Of a stretch of 64,000 bases of DNA, positions 20,435 through 31,526 are shown piece by piece. The translations under genes and the position numbers were made by a program. The DNA lies in NCBI GenBank assembly GCA_963812155.1, contig CAWETW010000001.1, positions 576,001 to 640,000 on the forward strand, written 5' to 3'. Position 1 is the first letter of the stretch; each line of letters starts with the position of its first letter. The notes under the pieces were generated by a model. It was not told the origin of the DNA and did not search any database. It worked only from the letters and a program-made list of their open reading frames with translations. This stretch comes from Vulcanimicrobiota bacterium. Its GTDB lineage: Bacteria; Vulcanimicrobiota; Vulcanimicrobiia; Vulcanimicrobiales; Vulcanimicrobiaceae.

Positions 20435-21307
20435 ATGCCACTCGTTGCAGATAACATCGAACAAGCACGCAGCGCGTACGCCGCGCTCGAAACGCGCGCC
20501 GTTACCGCGGAAACGCACGTCGCCACCCTTCAAGCATCGCTACAAACGCTCCAGGCCGTCGTTCCAACGCTGGTCGACCGAAACAACTTGCTCACCCAAT
20601 ACACCGTCGGTCAAGTACAGCAGAACTCCCAACTCGTCTCCCAGCAGGCCCAGCAAGTCTCGCCCGATATCCCGCTCGACGGCTTCATCGCTTCGCTGGG
20701 CCTTGCCACCGCGCTCGCCGAATCCACCATGCCGGATCGCACGGTGAATTCGCTTGCGTCGACCGTGCAGTGTTTTCTTTCGTTGAGCGCTCCCGCTGCC
20801 GACGGTTCCCGTTCGGTCGGACTGCGATTTTACCAGCCCGAACTCGGGGCGCCGACGTCGCTCGCGACGACGTCGTTCGAAATCGCAAAGGTTCCAACCG
20901 ATCCCGGTACGAGCACGCCGCGCAGCCTCTACACGGTGTTGGCCGACAAGCAATCGCTGTACGCCGATTCGTTCTGGATGCCGTTTACCGGCGGTACGCC
21001 GGCGGTGGCACCGGCCGCGCAAATCGTCATCGAAAGCAGCGAGATGTTGTCGTCGGTATCGTCGTGGACGTTTGCATTCATTCTGCAGGAGAGCGGCAAG
21101 ATTGCAGCGTTCGAAGCCAACCTCGCCACGCTGCTGGGGAGCGGCGCGACCGCAGCCGCCGCCGCACCGTTTGCGGCCGCGGTAGCCGCGCTTGCCGCGT
21201 TGCTCAAACGCCTCACGGGCAACACTGCGGCGCCCGTCGCCGGCGATCTCTACGCACTTTCCGCAGCGCTCGATCTCACGACCAAAACTGCCGCGCTGAT
21301 TCCGTGA
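20435..21307 (+). CDS. Hypothetical protein (N-terminal coiled coil, central alpha/beta module, Ala-rich helices)
   Basis: 290-aa ORF, GAGG RBS, GTGA overlap with next gene. Confidence 0.75.
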   Translation: MPLVADNIEQARSAYAALETRAVTAETHVATLQASLQTLQAVVPTLVDRNNLLTQYTVGQVQQNSQLVSQQAQQVSPDIPLDGFIASLGLATALAESTMPDRTVNSLASTVQCFLSLSAPAADGSRSVGLRFYQPELGAPTSLATTSFEIAKVPTDPGTSTPRSLYTVLADKQSLYADSFWMPFTGGTPAVAPAAQIVIESSEMLSSVSSWTFAFILQESGKIAAFEANLATLLGSGATAAAAAPFAAAVAALAALLKRLTGNTAAPVAGDLYALSAALDLTTKTAALIP

Positions 21308-23149
21308 CCGAGCGTCTTTCGGCCCGCGAGAAGTTCAAAGCCCACAAAGCGGAGCGCCGCGAACTGCTGCTGACCGAACGGCGCCGAGCCGAGGACGCAT
21401 CGGTCGAACGCGCCGCGCTGAAATGGCAAATGCGGCGCGACGCGAGGGCGGCGGCTGCGGCGGCAGCCGAACCGGCGACAGCCGAAGGCGGCGAGCCCGA
21501 GGCCCCGATCCCCGAGCGCGAAGAGCCGGCCGTCGAGCGCGAGCGCCAACCCCGCCGGCGGTATCACGAAGAGGCCGCGCTACGGCCAAAGCGCGAGCCC
21601 GAAGTCATCAAACCGTCGCGCAAAGCGCAGCCGGAGCGCAAAGCGCAGCCGGAGCCCGAACCGCTCGAAGTGCTCGAGCTTGCGCCGCCGCGCGACGTCG
21701 ATCGCAGCAAGGCTCGTCTCGATGCGGAGCTTCTCGAACGGCACGAAGCGAAATCGGCCCGCAGACGCGAAAAGCGCGCCGAAGCCCGCGAACATTCGCG
21801 CCGCACCGAACTCGAAGCGATTGCGATCGTGGAACAAACGCGCATCCTGGAACGAGAAACCCCGGTCGCACCAGAGCCCGAACCCGAACCGCCAAAACCG
21901 ACTGCCAAGCCTGAGGAACACGTTCAATGGCGTAGCGATCGCAAAGCGCGCAAACGCGACAAGGCGACGGCCGCGCAAAGCCTGCAACGCGAGGCGGAGA
22001 TTAAGCCGCGAACGGGAGGCCACACTTCGGAAAGCCGCGACGCAACACGCCCGCGCCGAACGAAGACATACCGCGAAAGCGGAAGCCCAGCGCTTACGCG
22101 AAGCCGTACCCGAGCCTGAGGCCGCGCCCGAGCCGCAACCTGCGCCCGTTGCCGCCGAGCCCGTAAACGAAGACGCCGGACTGCCGCCTCCCGGCGACGA
22201 GGCGCCGGGAAAACGGCTGCTTCGTTTGCGCACCGCCGGCGGTTTTATCGTCGACGAGCTGGGCCAATCGTTTCACGTACGCGGCGTAACGATTCTGGGG
22301 TTGGATGCGCTTGCGCCGGCCGGCGGTCAGTCGTTGCGCGACGCGCTCTCGCTCGACGATACCAATCTCAATGCGCTGACGAACTGGTCGATCAACGTCG
22401 TTCGCGTCCCGTTTTCAGCGGCGACCATCATGTCGGGAAACGGCCACCTCACGGCGGCAACGATTCTCAGCGGTTTGGACGACCTCATCGCCGCACTGGT
22501 CGAAACGAAAACGTACACGCTGCTGAGTTTGCAGGCGCCGATTGCGGCCGGTGCCACCGCCGCGCCGCTGCCCGATCAAACGACGTTCGATGCCTGGAGT
22601 TTGCTGGCTACGCGTTACGCCGGCGAAACGGGCGCGCTATTCGAAATCTTTTCGTCGCCGCTGGCGATTTCGGGCGATTGGCTCGATGCGGCGCAGATGT
22701 TGATCGGCGCGATTCGCAGCCGGCATCCCTCATCGCTGTTGTTTGCCGGCAACGGGTCGGGAGGTTCGGATGTCGCCGGGCTGCCGCTGCGGTTTTCGAC
22801 CGGCGACCCGACGCCGAACGTCGTCTCGACGATTCGCGTGACCGCCGGTACCCCGTTTCCCGCCGACGAATACGCGCTCGCCGCACTTGCCGAGGCGTTT
22901 CCGGTCGTCGCGACCGATTGGGCGGCGGCGGAAGCTTCGAGCCTCGACCGCGCGCCCGAACTTGCCGCCAATACCTTCGCGCGGCTCGGAATCGGATGGG
23001 TGGCGGGAAACTGGAACGCCGATCCTCGGCTCGTCGCCTCTTCGCAAACCCGCGGCATGGCTGCGACGCGTTGGGGAAACACCGTGGTGCGCGCGATGAC
23101 GCTGGCGCAGCGCGAGCCTTTAGAAAAAGTGCTCCCCGACACCACGTAG
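21304..23149 (+). CDS. Highly charged E/R/K/P-rich region fused (frameshift near 22005) to a GH5-like TIM barrel with degenerate active site
   Basis: LRTAGGFIVDELGQSFHVRGV, INVVRVPF, W..LATRY, LFEIFSSP, PVVATDW, GIGWVA; frames 20770-22119 and 21680-23149 join. Confidence 0.7.
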
Positions 23150-23213
23150 CCCCGAGCGCACCACAGGGCCTGGGAGCTGGATGCCGTAACGTTCTTCGGT
23201 AGGAGGGCTGCCA

Positions 23214-23600
23214 ATGATTCGGGTGTTGGGTGCCTCACGGGCTACGCGCTTTCTCGCGTACGGCGCCGCATTAATTCTTACCGTTTTTGTCGTCTCCGCC
23301 GCGTTCGAGCGTCTCGTCGAGTCGCGCATGATGCCGGAGAGCTTTCTATTGGAGTTCGGTATCTTCGCCGCGCTCTGGTTTGTCGGCGATTGGCTTGCCG
23401 GCCGGCTCTTTCGGGCCGCGCTGTTGCCGTTGCTCTTGGAGCGGCGCCGCGCGTTCGCGCGCCTGCTCGCGCTCTTAGCCGCGCTATCGATCGCGTGCGT
23501 GTGGTTTCGCTTCGGCAGCTTTACGGCCGAGTTTGCGGCGTTCGCATTGCTGTGGGCGTTGCTCGATCGCGCCCTTGAGCACGGTCGTAAACTGACGTGG
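23214..23600 (+). CDS. Small multi-pass membrane protein or N-terminal membrane domain of the downstream propeller protein (3' end uncertain)
   Basis: AGGAGG RBS 7 nt before ATG; about four hydrophobic helices; the frame becomes non-protein-like after ~23600. Confidence 0.5.
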
Positions 23601-26357
23601 ACGCGTCGCGAAGAGAGGGTGGCGACGGCGTCGAGCGGGCGCTGCGGCAACACCGGCACGCTCGCTATCAGGATATTCGCAGCGATGCATCGGGCAAAGT
23701 GCGTCCCGACCTGTGGGTCAAAGGCGTGCAAGAGACGCAGCGCATGCGCGTTGCATCGCCGGCCGAACGAATCGCGCTGGGCGCGGCGTGGCAGCAAATC
23801 GGCCCGGCACCGCTGCGCATCGACGCGGTGCAGGAGTATCAGGGCGTCAGTCCGGTCGCAGGTGAGGTGGTCGGCATCGTCATCGATCCGTCGGGATCGT
23901 CGGATCAGACGTTTTATCTTGCGACCAATGACGGCGGTATATGGAAATCGACCGACGGCGGCACGACGTGGGTTTCTAAAATGGACACCCAAGATTCGCT
24001 CTCGATGGGAGCGCTCGCCTTCGACGCCGGTTCTTCCACGCTGTACGCAGGTACAGGAAACTCCTTCGACGGCGGACACGCCTTCGACGACTTCGCGAGC
24101 ACGTTTTACAAAGGCGTCGGCATCTACTCGTCGGCCGACGGCGGCGACACCTGGACGCTGCTGGGCGGTAGTGCATCGTCGAGCTCGTCGGGCGCGCGCG
24201 GCCGCGAACAATCCGTTCGTCACGTCGGCAATCGTCGCGATCGTACCGATGGGTTCGAACGTTCTGGTCGTCGGCTCGACCAAAGGGGTGTATCGCTCGG
24301 TCGACGGCGGCAACACCTGGGGCGCCAACGCGCCGAATTTCAACGACGGAAATCCGGTGCTCGCCGGCCAGATTTGCGACTTGCACGTGGATACGGCGAA
24401 TGCGACGACGCTCTACGCTGCCGTTAACGGTCAAGGAATTTTTCAGTCGACCGATGGCGGCGTAACCTTTCCGACCAATCTCTTCTCGAATACCGGCGCT
24501 CCGGCGGCGTTTACGTTCGTCTCGTTCGCACAATCGACCAAGCCGGACACCTCGGTCATTTATGCCAGCGTCGCCAAAGACGCCACCACGTACGCGGGCC
24601 TGTATAAATGGTCTTCGAGTTCGTCGACGTGGACCAGGCTCGCCGACGCCGATAACTGCGCGTCGGAAAACAACGGCGCGCAACTCGGCTACGATCAGGT
24701 CATTGCGGTCGATCCGCAGGACGTCAACCGCGTGTATCTCGGGTTTCAAGAACTGTACGTTTCGGGTGACGGCGGCACGACGTTCGGACGTCCTGCCGCT
24801 TCGCACGCCAACACGCACTGGGATCAGCACGTCGTCACGTTCAGCCCGCCGTCGCATTGGGGAAGCGGCGGCGCGCCGACGCGCATGTATCTCGGTTCCG
24901 ACGGCGGAGTCGCCGTCACGGCCAACGCCGGCGCGGCGTGGACGCCGCTCAACGAAGGCGTCGCCACCAATCTCTTGTACGGCATCGACATCGGCCGCGG
25001 GAGCGACGCGAATCGCGCCTACACCTTCGGCGGGTGCCAAGACACCGGTACCGTCGGGCGGCGCCCCGGCGATTCCGGCAACGACTGGCATATGGCGACC
25101 AACGGCGACGGCGGCCCCGTCGCGGTCGATCCAAAGAACCCGCAGCGCGTCTTTACGTCGTCGACGGGACAAGCGCAATTCAGTTCCGACGGCGGAAACA
25201 CGTGGGCCAACGCAAGCGGCATACCCAGTCCGCCGGCCGGATCGGTGATGCACTTCGCGTTCGATCCCAACGACAGTTCGATCGTGTACGGGTCGAGTGG
25301 AAGCCAGTTGTACGTCGCCACCGGAAGCGGCACGGCGTTTACGTCGATCGCGTCGTTCACGCCGTTCGTTACCGCGATCGCGGTGGATCCGAGTAATTCC
25401 AACCGCATCTGGCTTGGATTCGAAGACGGCTCCATACAACTCACCGATAACGCGAAGGCGAGTCCGCCGGCCTTCCGGGCGTCGTCGGGGTCGACCGGAG
25501 TATCGAATCGTCGCGCCGGCGCTATTGCGATCGATCGCGCAGCGGCCGGCGGTTCGTCGAGTTCGTCGGCGGACGCGAGTTCCTCGGCCGACTCGAGTTC
25601 GTCGGATGATTCGAGTTCTTCGGACGATTCGAGTTCGTCGGACGATTCGAGCTCGTCGGACGATTCGAGTTCGTCGGACGATTCGAGTTCTTCGGACGAT
25701 TCGAGTTCGTCGGACGATTCAAACTCGCCCGACGATACGAGCTCCTCGGACGACGGCGGCTCGTCGGCGGACGCGAGTTCCTCGGACGACTCCAGTTCAT
25801 CCTCCGATTCGAGTTCGTCGGGGGCGGCGGCTGCAGTGGTCGTGGTCTACCAAGGGTTCTCGACGGCGACGTCGCCATCAGCGCACGTCTTCATCTCTAA
25901 AGACGACGGTGCAACGTGGAGCGACATCGGCGGATCGAATGCCGATCCGGCGCAGAACGTTCCGGATTTGCCGGTTCACACCGTCGTGTTGGACGAAACG
26001 ACCACTCCGTCGACGATCGTCATCGGTAACGATTCCGCCGTGCTCTCGTCTGCAGACAGCGGAGCTACGTGGAGCCGGCTGGGCTCCGGACTACCGAACG
26101 TCGAATGCGCGTCGCTCGCGCTCGATTCGAGTGCGACGCCGAGTCTGCTTCGCGTCGGAACCTACGGCCGCAGCGTTTTCGAACTGGTGGGCGGCTCGAC
26201 CAACGGCTCCTCGTCGAGCGACGATTCGTCAAGCTCTTCCGCCGACGATTCCTCGAGTTCATCCGACGACTCATCGAGTTCCGACGATTCCTCGAGTTCC
26301 GATGACTCCTCGAGTTCCGACGATTCCTCGAGTTCCGACGATTCATCGAGTTCGTAA
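23597..26357 (+). CDS. BNR/Asp-box beta-propeller protein (sortilin/GH74-like) with (SSSSDD)n tracts; frameshift near 24195
   Basis: Many SxDGGxTW boxes; WQQIGP start and GTYGRSVF end; two frames joined. Confidence 0.8.
25555..25820 (+). repeat. Coding 18-bp tandem repeat encoding SSSSDD
   Basis: TCGGACGATTCGAGTTCN units with synonymous variation. Confidence 0.9.
26205..26354 (+). repeat. Coding tandem repeat encoding C-terminal (SSSSDD)n
   Basis: TCCGACGATTCCTCGAGT units. Confidence 0.9.
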
Positions 26358-26468
26358 TGTGTGTGCTTCGCTCAGTGTGACACACGGAAGGCGCCCGCGA
26401 TAGGGCAGGCGCCCGCCAACCGATTCGTTATCCGCACGCGCTTGCGGTCCTGCGAAGCGCTTCAGTCG

Positions 26469-27170
26469 CTAGGAAGAACTGATAATGCGGACCGATTTGG
26501 TTGCGTCGTCGACCGCCACGACGATCGGCGTGACGCTGGAATTCGACGGGGCGTACTGCAACACGTACCACGTTGCCGCAGCCGCATTGTAATTCACGGT
26601 AAACTTCAGCGCGTTGTTCTGCGCGTCGGTCGTTGCCGGCACTTTCGCACCCGAAACGGTCGTCGTGACGAACTTCGCCGCGCTCGCAAGAGCAAGCGTT
26701 TGAACCTGTGCGGCGGTTAACGTCGGCGGCATCGCCGCCTGGCTTCCCGCCCGCGGCGGCGGCACCGGGGCGATCGCGATGTTGAACTCGCTCGCCGCCG
26801 ATCCGTCGTAGTTGAAGTGCGTCTGATACGACGCGCTGACCGGCTGCGCGATGAGCCGAAGCGGGCGAATGATGCCGATCCCGCTGCCGCCCTGCGACGC
26901 GCTGCTCGAACTGGAGGAAGCCGGCTCCTGATCTTGCGCGATGCTGATCGCCATCTTCAGGTTCATCGTCACTTGCGGAAACTGATACCACGTCGCCTGA
27001 AGGCCGTATTGCGAGAGCACGGGATCGGAATCGATCTGCTCCTGCGATGCGATCGAGTTTTGGTCAAGCGCTTGCTGTGCCGCCGAAATGCCCTGCCCGA
27101 GGGCCACGATCAGACTTTCAATCGGCGCGGAAAATTGCTCGACCGCGTTGACGAGCGGATCGGTCTCCAT
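26469..27170 (-). CDS. DUF2589-like protein, paralog 3 with C-terminal extension
   Basis: LGQGISAAQQALDQNS, ATWYQF, MNLKMAIS, FNYD, APVPPP shared with the two neighbours. Confidence 0.75.
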   Translation of the reverse strand: METDPLVNAVEQFSAPIESLIVALGQGISAAQQALDQNSIASQEQIDSDPVLSQYGLQATWYQFPQVTMNLKMAISIAQDQEPASSSSSSASQGGSGIGIIRPLRLIAQPVSASYQTHFNYDGSAASEFNIAIAPVPPPRAGSQAAMPPTLTAAQVQTLALASAAKFVTTTVSGAKVPATTDAQNNALKFTVNYNAAAATWYVLQYAPSNSSVTPIVVAVDDATKSVRIISSS

Positions 27171-27176
27171 CGAATG

Positions 27177-27755
27177 CTAGCCGTTCAGCGTAACCGTCGG
27201 TTGACGCCCCATCGCGTTCACCGTCACGACCGACGGCTGCAACCGCACGGTCGGCGGAACGGGACGCATCGTGACGTTGACGGTCGTTGCAGCGTTGAGA
27301 CTGTACGAATACGTGTTTTTTGCTCGGAAATTCACGTGCGACGCAAAGGCCGAGATCGTCGTCTTCGTGCTCCCGTCGGTATCGGTTTCGGTCGTCTCGC
27401 GCAACTGAACCGAAACCTTGAGGTTAATCACGGCTTCGGTGAACTGATAAAACGTCGGGAGCAGACCGGCCTGGAGCGCATTCATCTGCACGGGATCGGA
27501 CGGCGTCGTGCTGATGCGCGCGCCGGTCACCGTGACCGGCGCTTGACCGGGAACGTTGACCTGAAACGGCGCCGGCGTGATCGTTTCGGTCACCTCCGGA
27601 ATCACGCTGATCGGCGTGTTGGCGAGAATCTGCAACGTGTTGATGGAGCTGAGATCCAGCGCTCGCTGGCCGTCGGCAATTCCTTGCGCAACGCTCCGAA
27701 CGATTTCGCCGAAATCGACTTCCTGAAGTTCGCCGCCGACCTCCGAAAAGGTCAT
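27177..27755 (-). CDS. DUF2589-like protein, paralog 2
   Basis: VAQGIADGQRALDLSS, LQAGLLPTFYQF, SHVN, YSY, RPVPP. Confidence 0.75.
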   Translation of the reverse strand: MTFSEVGGELQEVDFGEIVRSVAQGIADGQRALDLSSINTLQILANTPISVIPEVTETITPAPFQVNVPGQAPVTVTGARISTTPSDPVQMNALQAGLLPTFYQFTEAVINLKVSVQLRETTETDTDGSTKTTISAFASHVNFRAKNTYSYSLNAATTVNVTMRPVPPTVRLQPSVVTVNAMGRQPTVTLNG

Positions 27756-27762
27756 TCCCCGT

Positions 27763-28374
27763 CTAGCTCTTCGAGATCGTTACGTGCGCCGGATTCGTCG
27801 CATCGACCAAAATGAAGGTCGGGAACAAACGAGCGGGCGGCGGCGCCGGTTTCAATTCGGTCGTCAGCGAACTCGATCCGGTCACCGAATAGTTATACTT
27901 GTTCGTCGTGCTGTAGTTCACGTGCGAACTGATGCTCGCCGATCCGAAAAGGAAGCCCGCCGAAGCTTGAACCGAAACGCCGACGCTCAACGAGCTCTCG
28001 GAACTCGTCGTGCTTGAAATCGACATCTTCACTTCGATGGTCGAATCGGTAAACTGATAGAACGTCGGGTTCAGCCCGGCTTGCAGCAGCGTCAGCTTGG
28101 TAAACTTCGGCACTTCAACGTCGACGCCGACGCCGGTAATCGTCGTACCGACCATCGGATTCTCGGAAGCATTGGCGCCGCCCTTAAGCTGAATCGGCTT
28201 GGCGTACAAAACTTCGGTTACTTCCGGAAGCCAGTCGAACTGCGTGTTCGCCAAAACTTTCAGCGTATTGAGCGACGACGTGTCGAGGGCCAACTGACCC
28301 TTGGCGATCGCTTGAGCCATGCTGAAAATCATTTGGGGGAAGGGAACGTTGAGAAGGTCTTGACCGACGCTCAT
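27763..28374 (-). CDS. DUF2589-like protein, paralog 1 with long Ser/Thr-rich amphipathic hairpin
   Basis: MAQAIAKGQLALDTSS, LQAGLNPTFYQF, SLSVGVSVQASAGFLFGSASISSHVN, KPAPPP. Confidence 0.75.
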   Translation of the reverse strand: MSVGQDLLNVPFPQMIFSMAQAIAKGQLALDTSSLNTLKVLANTQFDWLPEVTEVLYAKPIQLKGGANASENPMVGTTITGVGVDVEVPKFTKLTLLQAGLNPTFYQFTDSTIEVKMSISSTTSSESSLSVGVSVQASAGFLFGSASISSHVNYSTTNKYNYSVTGSSSLTTELKPAPPPARLFPTFILVDATNPAHVTISKS

Positions 28375-28691
28375 TGTTGTTCCTCAAGGTCCGTCGAATC
28401 CGACACCGGCGAATCCGAACGCTGGACCTGCCTGCTTGCGTTTTCGACGAAGAGCCGGTGCAGCTCCTTTGCCGCGACGCCCTTCGGATTATAGCTGACG
28501 CCGCCGACGAATTCGACCGACGGGTTGCGGTGGAGCGCCGCCGCCTGGCTGTCGTCGATCGCCACGATCGGCCCGTTCCGCGTGACCATCAGGATGAATC
28601 CGCCCAAACGCTTGACCTGGAGCGCCACCGCGCGGGAGGCTTCCTCGCTGTAGCCCCCTTTGAAGGTAACGATGTACATGTTCATGGCCAT
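28371..28691 (-). CDS. Small protein resembling peptidase inhibitor I9 / subtilisin propeptide
   Basis: MYIVTFK...LGG.I...GPIVAIDDSQAAALHRNPSVEFV pattern; ATGA overlap with the next gene. Confidence 0.6.
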   Translation of the reverse strand: MAMNMYIVTFKGGYSEEASRAVALQVKRLGGFILMVTRNGPIVAIDDSQAAALHRNPSVEFVGGVSYNPKGVAAKELHRLFVENASRQVQRSDSPVSDSTDLEEQQ

Positions 28692-28697
28692 GAGTGG

Positions 28698-30547
28698 CTA
28701 CCGTTCCTCGAGCTGCGCTGCAGCGGATTGTCGTTCGGCGAACAGGCGCCGCAGGCTGCCGGCGATCGCGGTTTCATCGGCACCGTACGCAGCGGCGCAC
28801 GCAGCACGCGCTTCGTCAACCATGCGTTGCGCGAGCGCGGCATCGGTCAGAATGAGCCGCGCCATCGCGACGACCTGATCTTCGTCGCGCGCCTCGAGCG
28901 CCGGCCAAAGCGTACGCGGCGCTTTATGCTTTGCCGTGCCCACGTAGGGAACGCCCAGAAGGGCCGCGTCCACGAGCATTTCTTCCGGCATGTCACCCTC
29001 CACATCCAACAACAACACGCTCTGCGCCACGTCCAAGCGCATCTCTTCAACGACGGCCGCGCCGGCCACCCAACGCGTCAGTGCCGGAAAGATGGCCTCC
29101 AGCCGCGCAAACGGCACGCCGTCGCCCGGGCCGGTTCCAACGTATCCGAACCAGCGAATGACTTTCACCGTGCCGACGACGGCCGCTTTCGGAACGGTCG
29201 GAATTTTAACGTCCGACGAACGGCCGCGGCGCTCGGCAAGAATCGACGATTCCAGATGGCCGTATCGCCGTTCGACGACGTTGACCCGCACCGAGACCCC
29301 GTCGAGAATCGGCTTCGAGCCCGCCATCAGCGACGAGCCGGATATCGAGCGCTTCGGGGCCGAGCGCGTGATGCGGCGGCGGCGGCGGCCGATCGACCGC
29401 AGCAGCGCGTCCCATTGATCGACGATCCCGTCCCATCCGTAGGCTTCGGCAAACGCGCGACTTTGCGCCGAACGTCTGCCCAGCAGCGCGCGATCGTCGT
29501 AGAGCCGCGTGAGCTTCGCCGCGGCGTCAGCGACGTCGATCAAAGCGCCGCGGATGCCAAACTCGTTGGCCGTCCACGCTGCAATGTCGATCGCTTCGCC
29601 GTGACCTTCAACGAGTTCGCGCGTCGCGCTGTATCCGCCGCCCAGCGGCACGACGCCGGCGGCCGACGCTTGCAGCGTCGGCAAACCGAAGCCTTCGCCG
29701 GTCGACGCCAGCAGAAAAACGTCGGCGGCCCGGTAGTAGCTTGCGAGCCGTTCGAGCGTCAATCCGCGCCCCGGCAGCACGGAAAACTTGTCGCTGAAGC
29801 GCACGCTGCGCTCCAATCCGAGATGCCGCACGTCGCCGCGAACGTCGTACGAATAGATGGCCGACGACGCAAAGTCATCGTCGGGATCGGTATGGAGATG
29901 CAGTAATGCGTCGGGCTTGTCGTGCGCGAACCTCGCAAAGGCATCGAGCAAACGCGGCAGCATCTTGCGCGGCTGGTTGCGGCAATCCGCAAGCACCACG
30001 AAGCGCCCTTCCGCGCCGACCAGCGCCTTGGCCGCATCGCGGTCGGGCGGCGGACTGAAGACCTCGAGGTCGACGCCGTGCGGAATATAGTCACAAGCCA
30101 CGCCGCACTGCGTGACGATGCGTTTTCCGTAGTGGCTCATGGCGACCGGCACGTCGACTTCTTGCAGCAGTTCGACCCAACTCGGGGGAAGCCGTTCGCC
30201 GTCCGTATCCCCGTCGATCGGGAAATAGAGCAGCCACGGCGTATCGGTCAACTCCATCTGCCGCCGGACGTGCGGCGCCGAAAATACGGCAGCCACCACA
30301 CGTCACTGAGCGTTGCCACCACGTCGGGCCGCAAGCGCGTCATCAGCGGATACACGACGTCCATGCCGAGCGGATCGCGCAACACGGGATAGACTTCGCA
30401 GCCATTCCATTGCGCTCGCGCCAGGCTTTGCCAACCGAGGATGCTCACGCGATAACCGCGGCGCGCGAGGCCGCCGCAAACGAACCGGCTCACGTTACCG
30501 AATCCCGACGGCGTATCCGGACTGTCCGAGATCCACATCACGTGCAT
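28698..30547 (-). CDS. GT4-family glycosyltransferase with C-terminal extension; frameshift near 30285
   Basis: WISDSPDTPSGFG, YFPID, IPHGVD, RNQPRK, STGEGFGLPTLQA. Confidence 0.85.
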
Positions 30548-30555
30548 CGCTCTGC

Positions 30556-31467
30556 CTATGCGCCCTCCGGCTCGGCATCGAGCGCGACCCATTTCGCCCG
30601 TACCTGCAGTTGATAGCGCTTCTTGCGAAGGTACACGCGAGCAACGTGGGTGTCGTCGAAGAAATCTGCAATCAGGGCCGGTCGCGCGCCGAACGGATTC
30701 AGACCGGGCGATTCGAGCACGGCCGCTTCGCCGGGAAGCGTGCCTGCATCGACGGCGAAAATCGTCGGACGGGAACGTGCCTGTGCCCGGGCGAGGCGCG
30801 CGTAGAGCCGGTGGTACCCTTTCGTCAGCACCATGCGTTCGCCGGCCATCGCAACGCTGACGTGGCCCATGCTTTGAATCGGCCCAAACAATCCTTGCGG
30901 CGTCATGCCGAACGTGAACTCGGCGTGCGGCAAATCGATATCAATATCGGTGTCGAGCATGCGCTTCGTCAGCCTCACCGACAGCTCGGGATTCCCTTGC
31001 GAGACCGGAAGCGCGCTCGCGAGCCAGCCGTCGTCGTCGGCGCATTCATCGCCGTACTGCTCGGCGCGATCGAGAGCGACGTAGTATTGACCGGCAACCA
31101 GCCGCAGCGGATCGACTTTCACCACCTCGCCGGGCGCCGCGCCGGCGGCGGCCCGGAACGCCGCAAATTGCCGCGCCCGTTCTTCTTCTTCGGCAGTCAG
31201 CGGCAGGCGCTCGGGCGCACGTGCGTGGCGTTCGCTCACCGATTCGGCGCGCGCGCGGTAGGTTTGCCATAACTCGTACGCGGAACGCTCGTTCAACGGA
31301 ACGACCGAAATGCAATCGTCGAGCAAGAAGCGCATTGCCGCATCGCGTTCCATCCAGCCGAGCAATGCGACGCCGTCGTGCGCATTCTCCGGCCGGCGTT
31401 CCTGAACGTATCGCGCCGGACCCGATCGCGCCGCACCCGTCCGCTCGCCGCCGATCCTAGGCCGCAT
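30556..31467 (-). CDS. Hypothetical protein with possible ParB/Srx-like GxHR motif
   Basis: VKVDPLRLVAGQ and VLTKGYHRLYA; start uncertain. Confidence 0.6.
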   Translation of the reverse strand: MRPRIGGERTGAARSGPARYVQERRPENAHDGVALLGWMERDAAMRFLLDDCISVVPLNERSAYELWQTYRARAESVSERHARAPERLPLTAEEEERARQFAAFRAAAGAAPGEVVKVDPLRLVAGQYYVALDRAEQYGDECADDDGWLASALPVSQGNPELSVRLTKRMLDTDIDIDLPHAEFTFGMTPQGLFGPIQSMGHVSVAMAGERMVLTKGYHRLYARLARAQARSRPTIFAVDAGTLPGEAAVLESPGLNPFGARPALIADFFDDTHVARVYLRKKRYQLQVRAKWVALDAEPEGA

Positions 31468-31526
31468 AGCGCGACCTTTGAAAATCGCCGTCGCGTCTCC
31501 TCGCGATTGTGTTACAATCGCTGCCG

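Noticed and set aside
20272..20526. N-terminal extension of ORF 19303-20526
   Set aside because: Overlaps the divergent gene; a better RBS and GTG lie at 20271
28374..29906. 510-aa plus-strand ORF
   Set aside because: Antisense shadow of the GT4 and I9-like genes
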